Below, one piece after another: positions 27,278 through 35,654 of a stretch of DNA of 47,388 nucleotides (position 1 is the first letter of the stretch; every line of letters starts with the position of its first letter). Origin of the DNA: an uncultured Planctomycetaceae bacterium. GTDB taxonomy: Bacteria > Planctomycetota > Planctomycetia > Pirellulales > UBA1268. The notes under the pieces were generated by a model, which ran no database searches, had not been told where the DNA came from, and saw only the letters and a program-made list of their open reading frames with translations. The stretch is from contig CAIKWU010000569.1 in assembly GCA_903831155.1 (NCBI GenBank), forward strand, positions 1 to 47,388, given 5' to 3'. A program made the translations under genes and the position numbers.

Positions 27278-28252
27278 GTGTACCCTTGTGGCCGTATTCC
27301 ACACGTCGCCGCCCGCTCACGAGACGCTCACATTCCCGCTTCCGTCGTTACAACCGTCACGCCCCGCGCGCATGCCGCGGTCGCCGGCCTCTCCTGCCCC
27401 GTCGGCGGCCGGGGATGGTCGGCCGCGGTCGCGGGCGTGCTCGAGGCCACGGCGGAGAAGCCGGGCAACGTGCATCCCCGCGCGTCGTTCACCGACCTCA
27501 CCCACGACGACCTCGTCGCGGCCGCCGTCGCGATCGCCCCGGTGATCGACGCCGCCGCCACACGGCCCCTCGGCCGCACGATCCTCGCTGCCGTCGAGGC
27601 GGCGAGGGCCGCCGCCGACACCAACACGAACCTCGGGATCATCCTGCTCACGGCACCGCTCGCGGCCATCCCCGACGACGAACCGCTCGACGCCCATGCA
27701 GTCGAGCGGGTGCTCGCGAGGCTCGACGCAGACGACGCGGCACAGGTCTGGCGGGCGATCGGCCTGGCCCGGCCGGGCGGCATGGGCCGGGTTGCCGAGA
27801 GCGATCTGGCGGCCCCGCCGCCCGCCGACCTCCGGGCCGCGATGCGGGCCGCCGCCGGCCGCGATCAGATCGCCAGGCTCTGGAGCGAGGGATTCGCTCC
27901 GCTCTTCGCGGGCCCCGTCGCCGACCTCGACTCCGCCATCGCCGCCGGCATGCCGCTGCTCGACGCGATCATCGACTGCCACCTCCGCCAGCTGGCCCGC
28001 GAGCCCGACACGCTGATCGCCCGAAAGCATGGAGCCGCCGCCGCCGCCGGGGCGTCGACCGCCGCCGCCGCGATCCTCCGCCTGCCTCCCGCGGCGCGGC
28101 CCGCCGCGATCGCCGCCTTCGACGCCGCGCTCCGCGGCCCGCGGAGGCTCAATCCCGGCACCACCGCCGACCTCGTCGCCGCGGCCCTCTATATTCAGCT
28201 GCGGAGCGGCCGCCTCGTGCCCTCCCTGATCCCCGCGAGCCCATCGCCATGA
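27278..28252 (+). CDS. triphosphoribosyl-dephospho-CoA synthase (CitG)-like protein, the type found in H4MPT gene clusters
   Basis: GWSAAVAGVLEATAEKPGNVHP, TNTNLGIILL and NPGTTADLVAAALY resemble the CitG family. The start is uncertain. GTG 27278 is chosen, the in-frame ATG 27233 would overlap the ppk start codon, and GTG 27437 would remove a conserved N-terminal helix. Confidence 0.7.
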   Translation: MYPCGRIPHVAARSRDAHIPASVVTTVTPRAHAAVAGLSCPVGGRGWSAAVAGVLEATAEKPGNVHPRASFTDLTHDDLVAAAVAIAPVIDAAATRPLGRTILAAVEAARAAADTNTNLGIILLTAPLAAIPDDEPLDAHAVERVLARLDADDAAQVWRAIGLARPGGMGRVAESDLAAPPPADLRAAMRAAAGRDQIARLWSEGFAPLFAGPVADLDSAIAAGMPLLDAIIDCHLRQLAREPDTLIARKHGAAAAAGASTAAAAILRLPPAARPAAIAAFDAALRGPRRLNPGTTADLVAAALYIQLRSGRLVPSLIPASPSP

Positions 28253-28755
28253 CCGATCGTTTCGAAGTCCGGCTCCGCAAGGCGGTGCACGTCTTTTCCG
28301 CCGGGCACTTCATCACGCTGACCGACGACCTCTGCGAGCCGGTGCACGGCCACAACTGGACGGTCGGCGTCGACGTGGCGGGTGAGCCCGACGCCCACGG
28401 CATGGTCGTCGACTTCATCGCCCTCCGCGACGCCGTCACCGCCGTGCTCGCCCGTCTCGACCATCGGATGCTGCTGCCGACCGAAAACCGCTGGCTCGCG
28501 GTCGCGACGGCTCCCGGGCCCCACGGTGGCGACGAGACGACGGTCACGTATCGCCAGCGCCGCCGCTGGGTGTTTCCCGCGGACGAGTGCGTGCTCCTGC
28601 CGATCGCGAACACCACGGCCGAGTGGCTCGCCCGCTGGATCGGCCACGCGGTGATCGAGTCGCTCCAGGCCTCCGGTCATCCCGCCCCGCGGGCCATCCG
28701 CGTGTCGGTGGACGAATGCCTCGGCCAGTCGGGCGTGTGGGAGGGCGGCCGCTAG
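28249..28755 (+). CDS. 6-pyruvoyl-tetrahydropterin synthase family protein (PTPS/QueD-like)
   Basis: 168 aa. FSAGHFITL...CEPVHGHNW provides Zn-binding His residues and a Cys. The ATG overlaps the upstream stop (ATGA). Confidence 0.85.
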   Translation: MTDRFEVRLRKAVHVFSAGHFITLTDDLCEPVHGHNWTVGVDVAGEPDAHGMVVDFIALRDAVTAVLARLDHRMLLPTENRWLAVATAPGPHGGDETTVTYRQRRRWVFPADECVLLPIANTTAEWLARWIGHAVIESLQASGHPAPRAIRVSVDECLGQSGVWEGGR

Positions 28756-29423
28756 GCGTCGGCCACGACGAGCTTGGCGGCGGCGTCGAGGGCGATCGCC
28801 AGACCGGTGCGTCCGATGCGGATCCGCATCAGACCCGCACCGTCCGAGTGGCTCTCGACCGTGCCCACCGTGCCGAGGGCGAGGCCGCACTCGGTGAGGT
28901 AGCGGAGGAAGTCCGAAGACTGGTCGAGCACCCGCGCGAGCCGGAAGCATTCCCCCGCGCCGCACTCGGCGAGCGACCGCGTGGCCCCGTCCTCGGGATC
29001 GGCGAGCGACACGGCGTCGGCCGGCGGGATCGGGTCGCCGTGCGGATCGACCTCCGGCCGGCCGAGGTAGGCGTCGATCCGTTCCACGAGCAGGTCGCTG
29101 ATCGCGTGCTCCATGTGCTCGGCCTCGTCGTGCACCTCATCCCAGCTCATGTCGAGCGTCTTGAGGAGGAACAGTTCGATCAGCCGGTGCCGACGGATGA
29201 CCCGCAGCGCGAGCATGCGGCCCGCCCGCGTGAGCGACACGCCCTCGTAGGGACGGTGCGTGGCCAGTCGCGCTGCGTCGAGCGTCTTGAGCATGCTCGT
29301 CACCGTGCCGGGCGACACGCCGAGCGCGGCGGCGATCTGCCCGGTGGTCGCGGGCCGCCCCTCCTGCCCGTTGGTGATCTGCTCGATCGTCTTGACGTAG
29401 TTTTCGACCGTCAGGCTGGGCAC
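28752..29423 (-). CDS. DtxR/MntR-family metal-dependent transcriptional repressor with C-terminal FeoA/SH3-like domain
   Basis: VENYVKTIEQI...TGQIAAALGVSPGTVTSMLKTL (wHTH), RRHRLIELFL, and metal-site residues in DEVHDEAEHMEH. Confidence 0.9.
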   Translation of the reverse strand: MPSLTVENYVKTIEQITNGQEGRPATTGQIAAALGVSPGTVTSMLKTLDAARLATHRPYEGVSLTRAGRMLALRVIRRHRLIELFLLKTLDMSWDEVHDEAEHMEHAISDLLVERIDAYLGRPEVDPHGDPIPPADAVSLADPEDGATRSLAECGAGECFRLARVLDQSSDFLRYLTECGLALGTVGTVESHSDGAGLMRIRIGRTGLAIALDAAAKLVVADA

Positions 29424-29529
29424 GGGTCCGGGCCTCTGGTTGTGCGGGGGTGTCTGCGACGAGGTTCACGGCCGGGCGTTGTGGGCGGCGCGGCGACTCC
29501 GCATTATGATCCGGCTCCGGAGCCTCGGC

Positions 29530-30510
29530 ATGTCCCTCAATGAAGCGGCCTACGAACTGGTGCGGCCGCTCGTCGAACGGCCCGGCCTGCTCGGCACGGC
29601 CTGCCACCGCCGCGGCGGCGTGTGGGTGATCGACTGCGGCGTCGAGGCGGCCGGTGGCATCGAGGCCGGGCTCCTGATGGCCGAGGCTTCCCTCGGCGGA
29701 CTCGGCCACGTCCGGCTCGTGCCGCCGGACCGGGCCGGCGAGGCCTACGAGGGGGCGTGGCCCGAGCCGCAGTGGCCCGTCGTCACGGTGGCCAGCGCGG
29801 CGCCGCTGGCGGCCTGCCTGGCCTCCCAGTACGCGGGTTGGAAGGTGGCGACGGGCGGCTACTTTGCGATGGCCAGCGGCCCGATCCGCGCCGCCATCGG
29901 CCGCGAGGACCTCTTCGACCGCGTGGGGCACCGCGAGCGGCCGACCGTGGCCGTCGGCATCCTCGAATCGTCGGCCCTGCCCCCGGACGACGTCTGCATG
30001 AGCCTCTCAGCCGACGCCGGCGTCGCCCCGGAGCGACTCGTGCTCCTCGTGGCCCGCACGGCCAGCCCTGCGGGCGGGCTGCAGGTCGTGGCCCGGTCGC
30101 TCGAGACGGCGCTCCACAAGCTCCACGATCTCGAGTTCGACCTCTCGCGGGTCGTCGCGGGTCGGGGCGCCGCGCCGCTTCCCCCCGTGGCGATGAGCGA
30201 CCTCGACGCGATCGGCCGCACGAACGACGCGATCCTCTACGGCGGCCGCGTGACGCTCGAGATGACGGGGGACGATGTCAGCCTCGCCGCGATCGGTCCG
30301 CGGGGCGTGAGCGCGGGATCGAGTTCTCACGGCGAGTCCTTCCTCGCGCTCTTCGAGCGTGCCGGCCGCGACTTCTACGCGCTCGATCCGGCGCTCTTCG
30401 CCCCGGCCGCCCTGGAGTTCGTGAACCGGACCACGGGCCGCCGGCATGGCTTCGGCACGCTCGCCCCGGACATCGTGGCCCGGTCGTTCGCTCGCGGCCC
30501 CTCGCGATGA
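29530..30510 (+). CDS. mch: methenyltetrahydromethanopterin cyclohydrolase
   Basis: ACLASQYAGW, MASGPIRA and LARTASPAGG are typical Mch segments. Start chosen at the ATG at 29530 (MSLNEAAYEL). Confidence 0.9.
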   Translation: MSLNEAAYELVRPLVERPGLLGTACHRRGGVWVIDCGVEAAGGIEAGLLMAEASLGGLGHVRLVPPDRAGEAYEGAWPEPQWPVVTVASAAPLAACLASQYAGWKVATGGYFAMASGPIRAAIGREDLFDRVGHRERPTVAVGILESSALPPDDVCMSLSADAGVAPERLVLLVARTASPAGGLQVVARSLETALHKLHDLEFDLSRVVAGRGAAPLPPVAMSDLDAIGRTNDAILYGGRVTLEMTGDDVSLAAIGPRGVSAGSSSHGESFLALFERAGRDFYALDPALFAPAALEFVNRTTGRRHGFGTLAPDIVARSFARGPSR

Positions 30511-31409
30511 TGCCGCTGCGAATCACGATCGTGGGCGAGCGGGGCGGCTGGCACGTCACGCAGCTCGTCGATGCCCTGTGCAATCGCAGACACGCCGCCG
30601 AGGTGGTCTCGTGGACCGCCGTCGGAGCGGCAATCGGACCGGGCGGCCCCGCCTTCTCGCCCGAGCCCCTGGCGGCGGCCGACGTCGTCGTGGTCCGGGG
30701 CATGCCGGGCGTGGGGCCGACCGCAAGCCGCCTCGAGGACGTGATCTTCCGGATGGACGCGTTGGCGCAGCTCGAGGCCGGCGGCACGCCGGTGGTGAAT
30801 CGACCGCGGGCGCTCGAGATCGCGATCGACAAGTACCTGTCGCTGGCGGTCCTCGCGCGGGCGGGGCTGACGGTGCCGCGGACGCGGGTCGTTCAGGGCG
30901 AGGCCATGGCCCGCGAGGCATGGGAGTCGCTCGGCGGCGACTGCGTGGCCAAGCCGCTGTTCGGCTCGCGAGGCCGGGGGCTCGTGCGTCTTCGCGACCG
31001 CGACGAGGCCGCCGCCGCCGGCCGAGGCGGCACGGTCTATCTTCAGGAGTTCATCCGGCACCCCGGCTGGGACATCCGGGTTCTCGTGATCGGCGACGAC
31101 GCGTTCGCCATGCGGCGGGTGGCGGCGGCGGGGGAGTGGCGGACGAACATCTCGCTCGGCGGGCAACCGGAGGCGATCGACCTGCCCGCGGCGACGCTCG
31201 ACCTGGCCCGGCGTGCCGCAGACGCGGTCGGTGCGACGGTGGCGGGTGTCGACCTCCTCCCGACGGCCGACGGTCCGGTGGTCCTGGAGGTCAACGCGGT
31301 CCCCGCCTGGAGGGGCCTGCAGTCGGTCGTGGCCACCGATCTTGCCGATGCCCTCGCCTCCACGGTCGAAAGGGCGTCGCGTCGTCGCCCGCCTTCCGCC
31401 ACCCCTTGA
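30507..31409 (+). CDS. RimK-family ATP-grasp ligase (H4MPT:alpha-L-glutamate ligase-like)
   Basis: NRPRALEIAIDKYLSLAVLARAGLTVPRT, KPLFGSRGRGL, WRTNISLGG and GVDLLP...VLEVNAVPAW. The ATG overlaps the mch stop (ATGA), matching the mch-orf5 arrangement known from methylotrophs. Confidence 0.85.
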   Translation: MMPLRITIVGERGGWHVTQLVDALCNRRHAAEVVSWTAVGAAIGPGGPAFSPEPLAAADVVVVRGMPGVGPTASRLEDVIFRMDALAQLEAGGTPVVNRPRALEIAIDKYLSLAVLARAGLTVPRTRVVQGEAMAREAWESLGGDCVAKPLFGSRGRGLVRLRDRDEAAAAGRGGTVYLQEFIRHPGWDIRVLVIGDDAFAMRRVAAAGEWRTNISLGGQPEAIDLPAATLDLARRAADAVGATVAGVDLLPTADGPVVLEVNAVPAWRGLQSVVATDLADALASTVERASRRRPPSATP

Positions 31410-31725
31410 TCCAGCCGCCGTCACGGGGGCGATGGCCTGTTTTCCTGCGGAAAACGAGCGGGACATCTTGCAAATGCGAACCCGGGCCTCTGCCTAAAGA
31501 TCAGGCAGCCCCTCCACTGCCTGCCGCCACGGCACCGGTGCCACAAAAGAAGACAGCTGCTGGCAAGTGGTCGCAAGTCCCTTGCCTGCAAGCACTTCGT
31601 GCTGTCGCTTGACCGCAGGGAAAGAGTCTCTCGTCGAAGTCGGCACGCGTCCACCCGCAGGACCACCGGCCCGACGGCGTTGGCGAGGGCCGACGCCTCG
31701 ATCGCCTCCAGGAAGGAAAGCCCCC

Positions 31726-32172
31726 ATGGCCACGAAGACCGCCCGCCCCGCCCAGACCGACATCCACGCGGCGACGGCCGTCCTCCAGGTCGCGGAACGG
31801 CTCCACGCCATGGAGCCGGAGTGGGTCGTCTTCTTCCGGGAGGTGCTCGGGGTGGACGGGATCGTCCGCCGCACCTTCTCCGACGCCGACGCCCTGATGC
31901 GGTTCGAGTGCTCGCCGCAGTATGCCCGGATCCGCGAGATGCTCGACGGGCTGCGGGCGCGGCAGAACGACCGGCAGGCCCCCCGGGAGACCCAGCGGGT
32001 GGTGACGGTGCGGATGCCGAAGTCGCTGCACGAGACCCTCAAGAGCGAGGCCGGGCAGATGCGGGTGAGCATCAACACCCTCTGCATCTCGAAGCTCATG
32101 AAGCTGCTCGACGAGCAGGAACGCCGGGACCTCGGGGCCCACACCGAGCCCGAGGTCGTCAAGGCCGGGTGA
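31726..32172 (+). CDS. hypothetical protein with C-terminal HicB/Arc-like ribbon-helix-helix domain
   Basis: 148 aa from the ATG at 31726, with RBS GGAAGGAAAG upstream. The C-terminal segment VVTVRMPKSLHETLKSEAGQMRVSINTLCISKLMKLL matches the HicB-family antitoxin RHH pattern. The N-terminal 100 aa were not recognised. Confidence 0.6.
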   Translation: MATKTARPAQTDIHAATAVLQVAERLHAMEPEWVVFFREVLGVDGIVRRTFSDADALMRFECSPQYARIREMLDGLRARQNDRQAPRETQRVVTVRMPKSLHETLKSEAGQMRVSINTLCISKLMKLLDEQERRDLGAHTEPEVVKAG

Positions 32173-32174
32173 AC

Positions 32175-32625
32175 GAAGCGGACTGGAGCGGACCTGTAAG
32201 CCGGGTTCTGTCTCCGCCGCGTGAGCGGCGGACGGCGACCATTTCTCTAGGGCCGCGGTCGCCCGCGGCCTCGAGCAGCCGACCCGGAAGCTGATGCGGG
32301 ACGGGCAGTCCCGCGTCGACCCGCCCCGGAGGGCGGAGACGAACTTCTTCCTGCTTGGCCTTGCTCCCGATGGGGTTTGCCGAGCCAGACCGGTCACCCG
32401 GCCTGCTGGTGAGCTCTTACCTCACCGTTTCACCCTTACCGACGGGACCTGGGTCCCGCAGGCGGTTTGCTTTCTGTGGCACTGTCCCTGACCTCGCGGC
32501 CGGTGGGCGTTACCCACCATCGTGCCCTGTGGAGCCCGGACTTTCCTCCCGCCGTGGCCGACCGGCCGGCGTGGGCCGACCGACGTGCCGCGGCCGGCGA
32601 TCACCCGGTCCGCTCCAGTCGCTTC
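32175..32625 (-). ncRNA. rnpB: RNase P RNA, bacterial type A
   Basis: The reverse complement contains GAGGAAAGTCCGGGCTCCACAG (CR-I), GGTAAGGGTGAAACGGTGAGGTAAGAGCTCACCAG and ACAGAACCCGGCTTA (CR-V). The terminal P1 helix pairs GAAGCGACTGGAGCGGACC with GGTCCGCTCCAGTCCGCTTC. The ends are inferred from P1. Confidence 0.9.
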
Positions 32626-32632
32626 GAGTCCG

Positions 32633-32638
32633 ATTCTA
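32633..32638 (-). promoter_or_regulatory. candidate -10 box (TAGAAT) of rnpB
   Basis: TAGAAT on the minus strand lies 7 nt upstream of the inferred rnpB 5' end (G at 32625). No good -35 box was seen. Confidence 0.3.
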
Positions 32639-32722
32639 TCCGCGCCGGCCCCCATCCGCCGCCTTGACCGCCCGGAACCACGGTCGTACCTTTCGAAGTC
32701 AGGGCATTTTCCTTCTTTTTCC

Positions 32723-33169
32723 ATGGCAGACCCCACGGACGGCTTCCAGGTGTACGGCGAACTTCTTCCCGTTGGCGGCGGCGACCCGATCCCGCTCCTC
32801 AAGCCGACCCTGACGGTGGGCCGGAGGGAGAGCGCCGACATCGTGCTTCGCTTCCCCAACGTGTCCGGGACCCACTGCGAACTGTCGATCGTCGACGGCT
32901 ACTGGACCGTCAAGGACCTGCGGAGCAGCAACGGGATCAAGGTCAATGGCGTGCGCGTGACCGAGCAGCGGCTGGAGCCGGGTGACAAACTGGCCGTGGC
33001 CAAGCACGTCTACGAGATCGCCTACGAGCCGGCCCGTCTCGGGGCCGAGGTCGTCGCCGAGGAGGCGACCCCGCAGGAAACGATCTTCGGCCGGTCGCTG
33101 CTGGAGTCGGCCGGGCTCGAGAACCGTCGGCCGGCCGCCCCCGCCAAGCCCCGTCGACCGGCAACCTGA
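32723..33169 (+). CDS. FHA domain-containing protein
   Basis: 148 aa from the ATG at 32723. LTVGRRESADIVLRFPNVSGTHCEL...LRSSNGIKVNG is a canonical FHA core. Confidence 0.85.
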   Translation: MADPTDGFQVYGELLPVGGGDPIPLLKPTLTVGRRESADIVLRFPNVSGTHCELSIVDGYWTVKDLRSSNGIKVNGVRVTEQRLEPGDKLAVAKHVYEIAYEPARLGAEVVAEEATPQETIFGRSLLESAGLENRRPAAPAKPRRPAT

Positions 33170-33179
33170 TCGCCGCTGC

Positions 33180-34319
33180 ATGGCCAAACCCCGCAAGCTG
33201 CGCGTCGAGTTCCGGAAGAACCGCTCGACGCGCCGCCGCGACGGGGATTTGACGAGGTCCCTCGGCGACGGCCTCGACGCCGCGGACGACCGGGCGACCT
33301 CCGAGCGAATTTCCGGCAAGGGCGAGCTGACCCGCAAGCGGACCGTGGTGGCCCACGATCCGAGCGGCGACCGGGTGGATGGGCTGCCGGTGGAGCCGGC
33401 GGCGGGCATGGCCTGGCGGGGGCGCGTGCTCAACGTCCACGGCCTCGAGAGCCACGTGCAGGCCGACGACGGCCGGATCGTGCGGTGCACGCTGCGTCGA
33501 ATCCTCCGCACCGTGGCCACCGACCAGCGGCACCCGCTCGCCGCGGGCGACTGGGTCCGCGTCCGCGACGGTGGCGACGAGGGTGCGATCCAGTCGATCG
33601 AGCCACGGACCACCTCGCTCTCCCGCGACAGCCGCGGTCGGCGGCACGTGATCGTCGCCAACGTCGACCAGATGATCATCGTCGGCAGTGCGGCCCGGCC
33701 CGACCTCAAGCCGGGCCTGATCGACCGGCTGATCGTGGCGGCGGAGGCGGCCGGGATCCGACCGCTCGTATGCCTCAACAAGGTCGATCTCGTCGACCCC
33801 GCGTCGCTGGTGCCCCTCGCCGGTGTCTACGCCCGGATGGGCTACCCGGTGATTCTCTGTTCGGCGGTCACCGGCATGGGCGTCGCCCGTCTGCAGGCGG
33901 AGCTCCACGGGCGGGTGACCGCCGTCGTGGGCCAGAGCGGGGTCGGCAAGTCGTCGCTGCTCAACGCCCTCGATCCGGGTCTGGAGCTGCGGGTTGCAGA
34001 GGTGAGCCGCGACAACGAGAAGGGCCGCCACACGACCACCACTGCCCGGCTCCTGCCCCACCGCCACGACGGCTGGTTCGTCGACACGCCCGGCGTGCGG
34101 CAGTTCCAGCCCTGGCAGCTCGTGCCGGCGGAGGTGCCGAGCCTGTTCCGCGACCTGCGGCCGCTGGCCAACCTCTGCCGCTTCCCCGACTGCACCCACG
34201 ATCACGAGGCGGGCTGCGCCGTGAAGGACGCCGTGGCCGACGGCCTGCTCGACGTGCGCCGCTGGGAGAGCTGCCGGCAGCTCGCGGCCGGCGACGAGCC
34301 CCGCGAGGAGGAGGAATGA
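33180..34319 (+). CDS. rsgA: ribosome small-subunit-dependent GTPase A, with a basic N-terminal extension
   Basis: Circularly permuted GTPase: ANVDQMIIV, LNKVDL, VGQSGVGKSSLLNAL, TPGVRQF, and the zinc knuckle CRFPDCTHDHEAGCAV. Confidence 0.9.
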   Translation: MAKPRKLRVEFRKNRSTRRRDGDLTRSLGDGLDAADDRATSERISGKGELTRKRTVVAHDPSGDRVDGLPVEPAAGMAWRGRVLNVHGLESHVQADDGRIVRCTLRRILRTVATDQRHPLAAGDWVRVRDGGDEGAIQSIEPRTTSLSRDSRGRRHVIVANVDQMIIVGSAARPDLKPGLIDRLIVAAEAAGIRPLVCLNKVDLVDPASLVPLAGVYARMGYPVILCSAVTGMGVARLQAELHGRVTAVVGQSGVGKSSLLNALDPGLELRVAEVSRDNEKGRHTTTTARLLPHRHDGWFVDTPGVRQFQPWQLVPAEVPSLFRDLRPLANLCRFPDCTHDHEAGCAVKDAVADGLLDVRRWESCRQLAAGDEPREEEE

Positions 34320-35650
34320 AGGACCGCGATCGCAAGGGCGTGCAGCACGAGCGGGCCGTGCTCGTCGGGGTGTTCCTCGAGGCCCCGATCGATCCCGAGC
34401 ACCCGCTCGACGAGCTTTCGGGCCTGGCCTCGACCGCCGGGGCCGCCGTGGTCGCCGAACTGACGCAACGGCGTGAGCGGCCCGACCAGACCACCTACAT
34501 CGGCAAGGGCAAGGTCGAGGAACTCCGGGGCGTGGTCGCCCACCACGATGCCGACATCGTGATCTTCGACAACGACCTCTCGCCGGCGCAGACCCGCAAT
34601 CTCGAGCAAGCCCTCGAGGTGAAGGTGCTCGACCGCTCGGAGGTGATCCTCGACATCTTCGCCGCCCGCGCCCGGACCTACGAGGCCCGGCTCGCGGTCG
34701 AGCTCGCCCAGCTCGAATACTCGCTCCCCCGGCTGAAGCGGATGTGGACGCACCTCTCGCGGCTCAAGATGGGGATCGGCATGCGCGGGCCCGGCGAGAA
34801 GCAGCTCGAGGTCGACCGGCGGCTCGTCGAGAAGCGGATCCACGACCTGAAGACCGAGCTCGCCGAGATTCACGGCCGCCGTGAACGGCAGGTGGCCTCC
34901 CGGCACGACCACATGACCGTCTCACTCGTGGGCTACACCAACGCCGGCAAGAGCACGCTCCTCAACGCCCTCACCGGCGCCGACGAGCTCGCGGAGGACA
35001 AGCTCTTCGCCACGCTCGACACCCGCACCCGCCGCTGGCGGCTGCCGGGCTGGGGCCCGGTGCTGCTCAGCGACACGGTCGGCTTCATCCGCGACCTGCC
35101 CCACCGGCTGATCGCGAGCTTCAAGGCGACGCTCGAGGAGACCCGCCGGGCCGACCTCCTGCTCCACGTGGCCGACGCATCGAGCCCGCTGGTCGATGCG
35201 CAGATCGCGGCGGTCCGCGGTGTGCTCGAAGAGCTCGACGTCGACGAGAAGGACGCGATCCTCGTGCTCAACAAGATCGACGCGATTCCCGACCGGGCGG
35301 ACCGCGAGCGGACCCTCGCCCGCTACCCGCACGCGATCGGAATCTCGGCCCGCTCCGGCGCCGGGCTCCCCGAACTCGCCCGGGCGGTGAGCGACGCGCT
35401 GGGCCGCGGATTCCGCGACGTCGACGTGGAGACCGACCCTGGCAACGGCCGGCTGCTGGCCTGGCTCGGCCGCCACGGCGAGGTGCTCTCGCGACGGTTC
35501 GCCGACGACCGGGTGATCGTGCACTGCCGCATTCCCGCGGCCCTGCTCGGCCGCATCCCCGAGGCTGAGGCGGTCGTCCGCCAGCACCACCGCCCCGACG
35601 ACACACCGGCCGCCGGCACGGCCGGCGAGCCCCATCCCGCGCCGAGGTGA
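34316..35650 (+). CDS. hflX: GTPase HflX
   Basis: TYIGKGKVEEL, LSPAQTRNLE, GPGEKQLEVDRR, LVGYTNAGKSTLLNALT, DTVGFI and LNKID. The ATG overlaps the rsgA stop (ATGA). Confidence 0.95.
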   Translation: MKDRDRKGVQHERAVLVGVFLEAPIDPEHPLDELSGLASTAGAAVVAELTQRRERPDQTTYIGKGKVEELRGVVAHHDADIVIFDNDLSPAQTRNLEQALEVKVLDRSEVILDIFAARARTYEARLAVELAQLEYSLPRLKRMWTHLSRLKMGIGMRGPGEKQLEVDRRLVEKRIHDLKTELAEIHGRRERQVASRHDHMTVSLVGYTNAGKSTLLNALTGADELAEDKLFATLDTRTRRWRLPGWGPVLLSDTVGFIRDLPHRLIASFKATLEETRRADLLLHVADASSPLVDAQIAAVRGVLEELDVDEKDAILVLNKIDAIPDRADRERTLARYPHAIGISARSGAGLPELARAVSDALGRGFRDVDVETDPGNGRLLAWLGRHGEVLSRRFADDRVIVHCRIPAALLGRIPEAEAVVRQHHRPDDTPAAGTAGEPHPAPR

Positions 35651-35654
35651 TCCC

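Noticed and set aside
24997-28248. Upstream 1084 codons of plus-strand track ORF 24997-28755 (1252 aa), and likewise the upstream parts of 10370-13957 and 10421-14227.
   Set aside because: Only the last segments encode recognisable proteins: the PTPS-like protein from 28249, the GT fusion from 11723 and the AI-2E transporter up to 11542. The remainder is antisense to ppk, to the transporter or to the GT gene, and is low-complexity.
31410-31725. Search for a hicA-type toxin ORF next to the HicB-like gene.
   Set aside because: The only ORFs there (31421-31666 minus, 31291-31473 minus) are Arg/Cys/Leu-rich with no HicA-like dsRBD pattern, so no toxin is called.
32294-32859. ORFs 32294-32491, 32355-32813 and 32467-32667 (plus strand) and 32422-32859 (minus strand).
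   Set aside because: They overlap the RNase P RNA, which shows CR-I and CR-V and a closing P1 helix. There is no coding signal.
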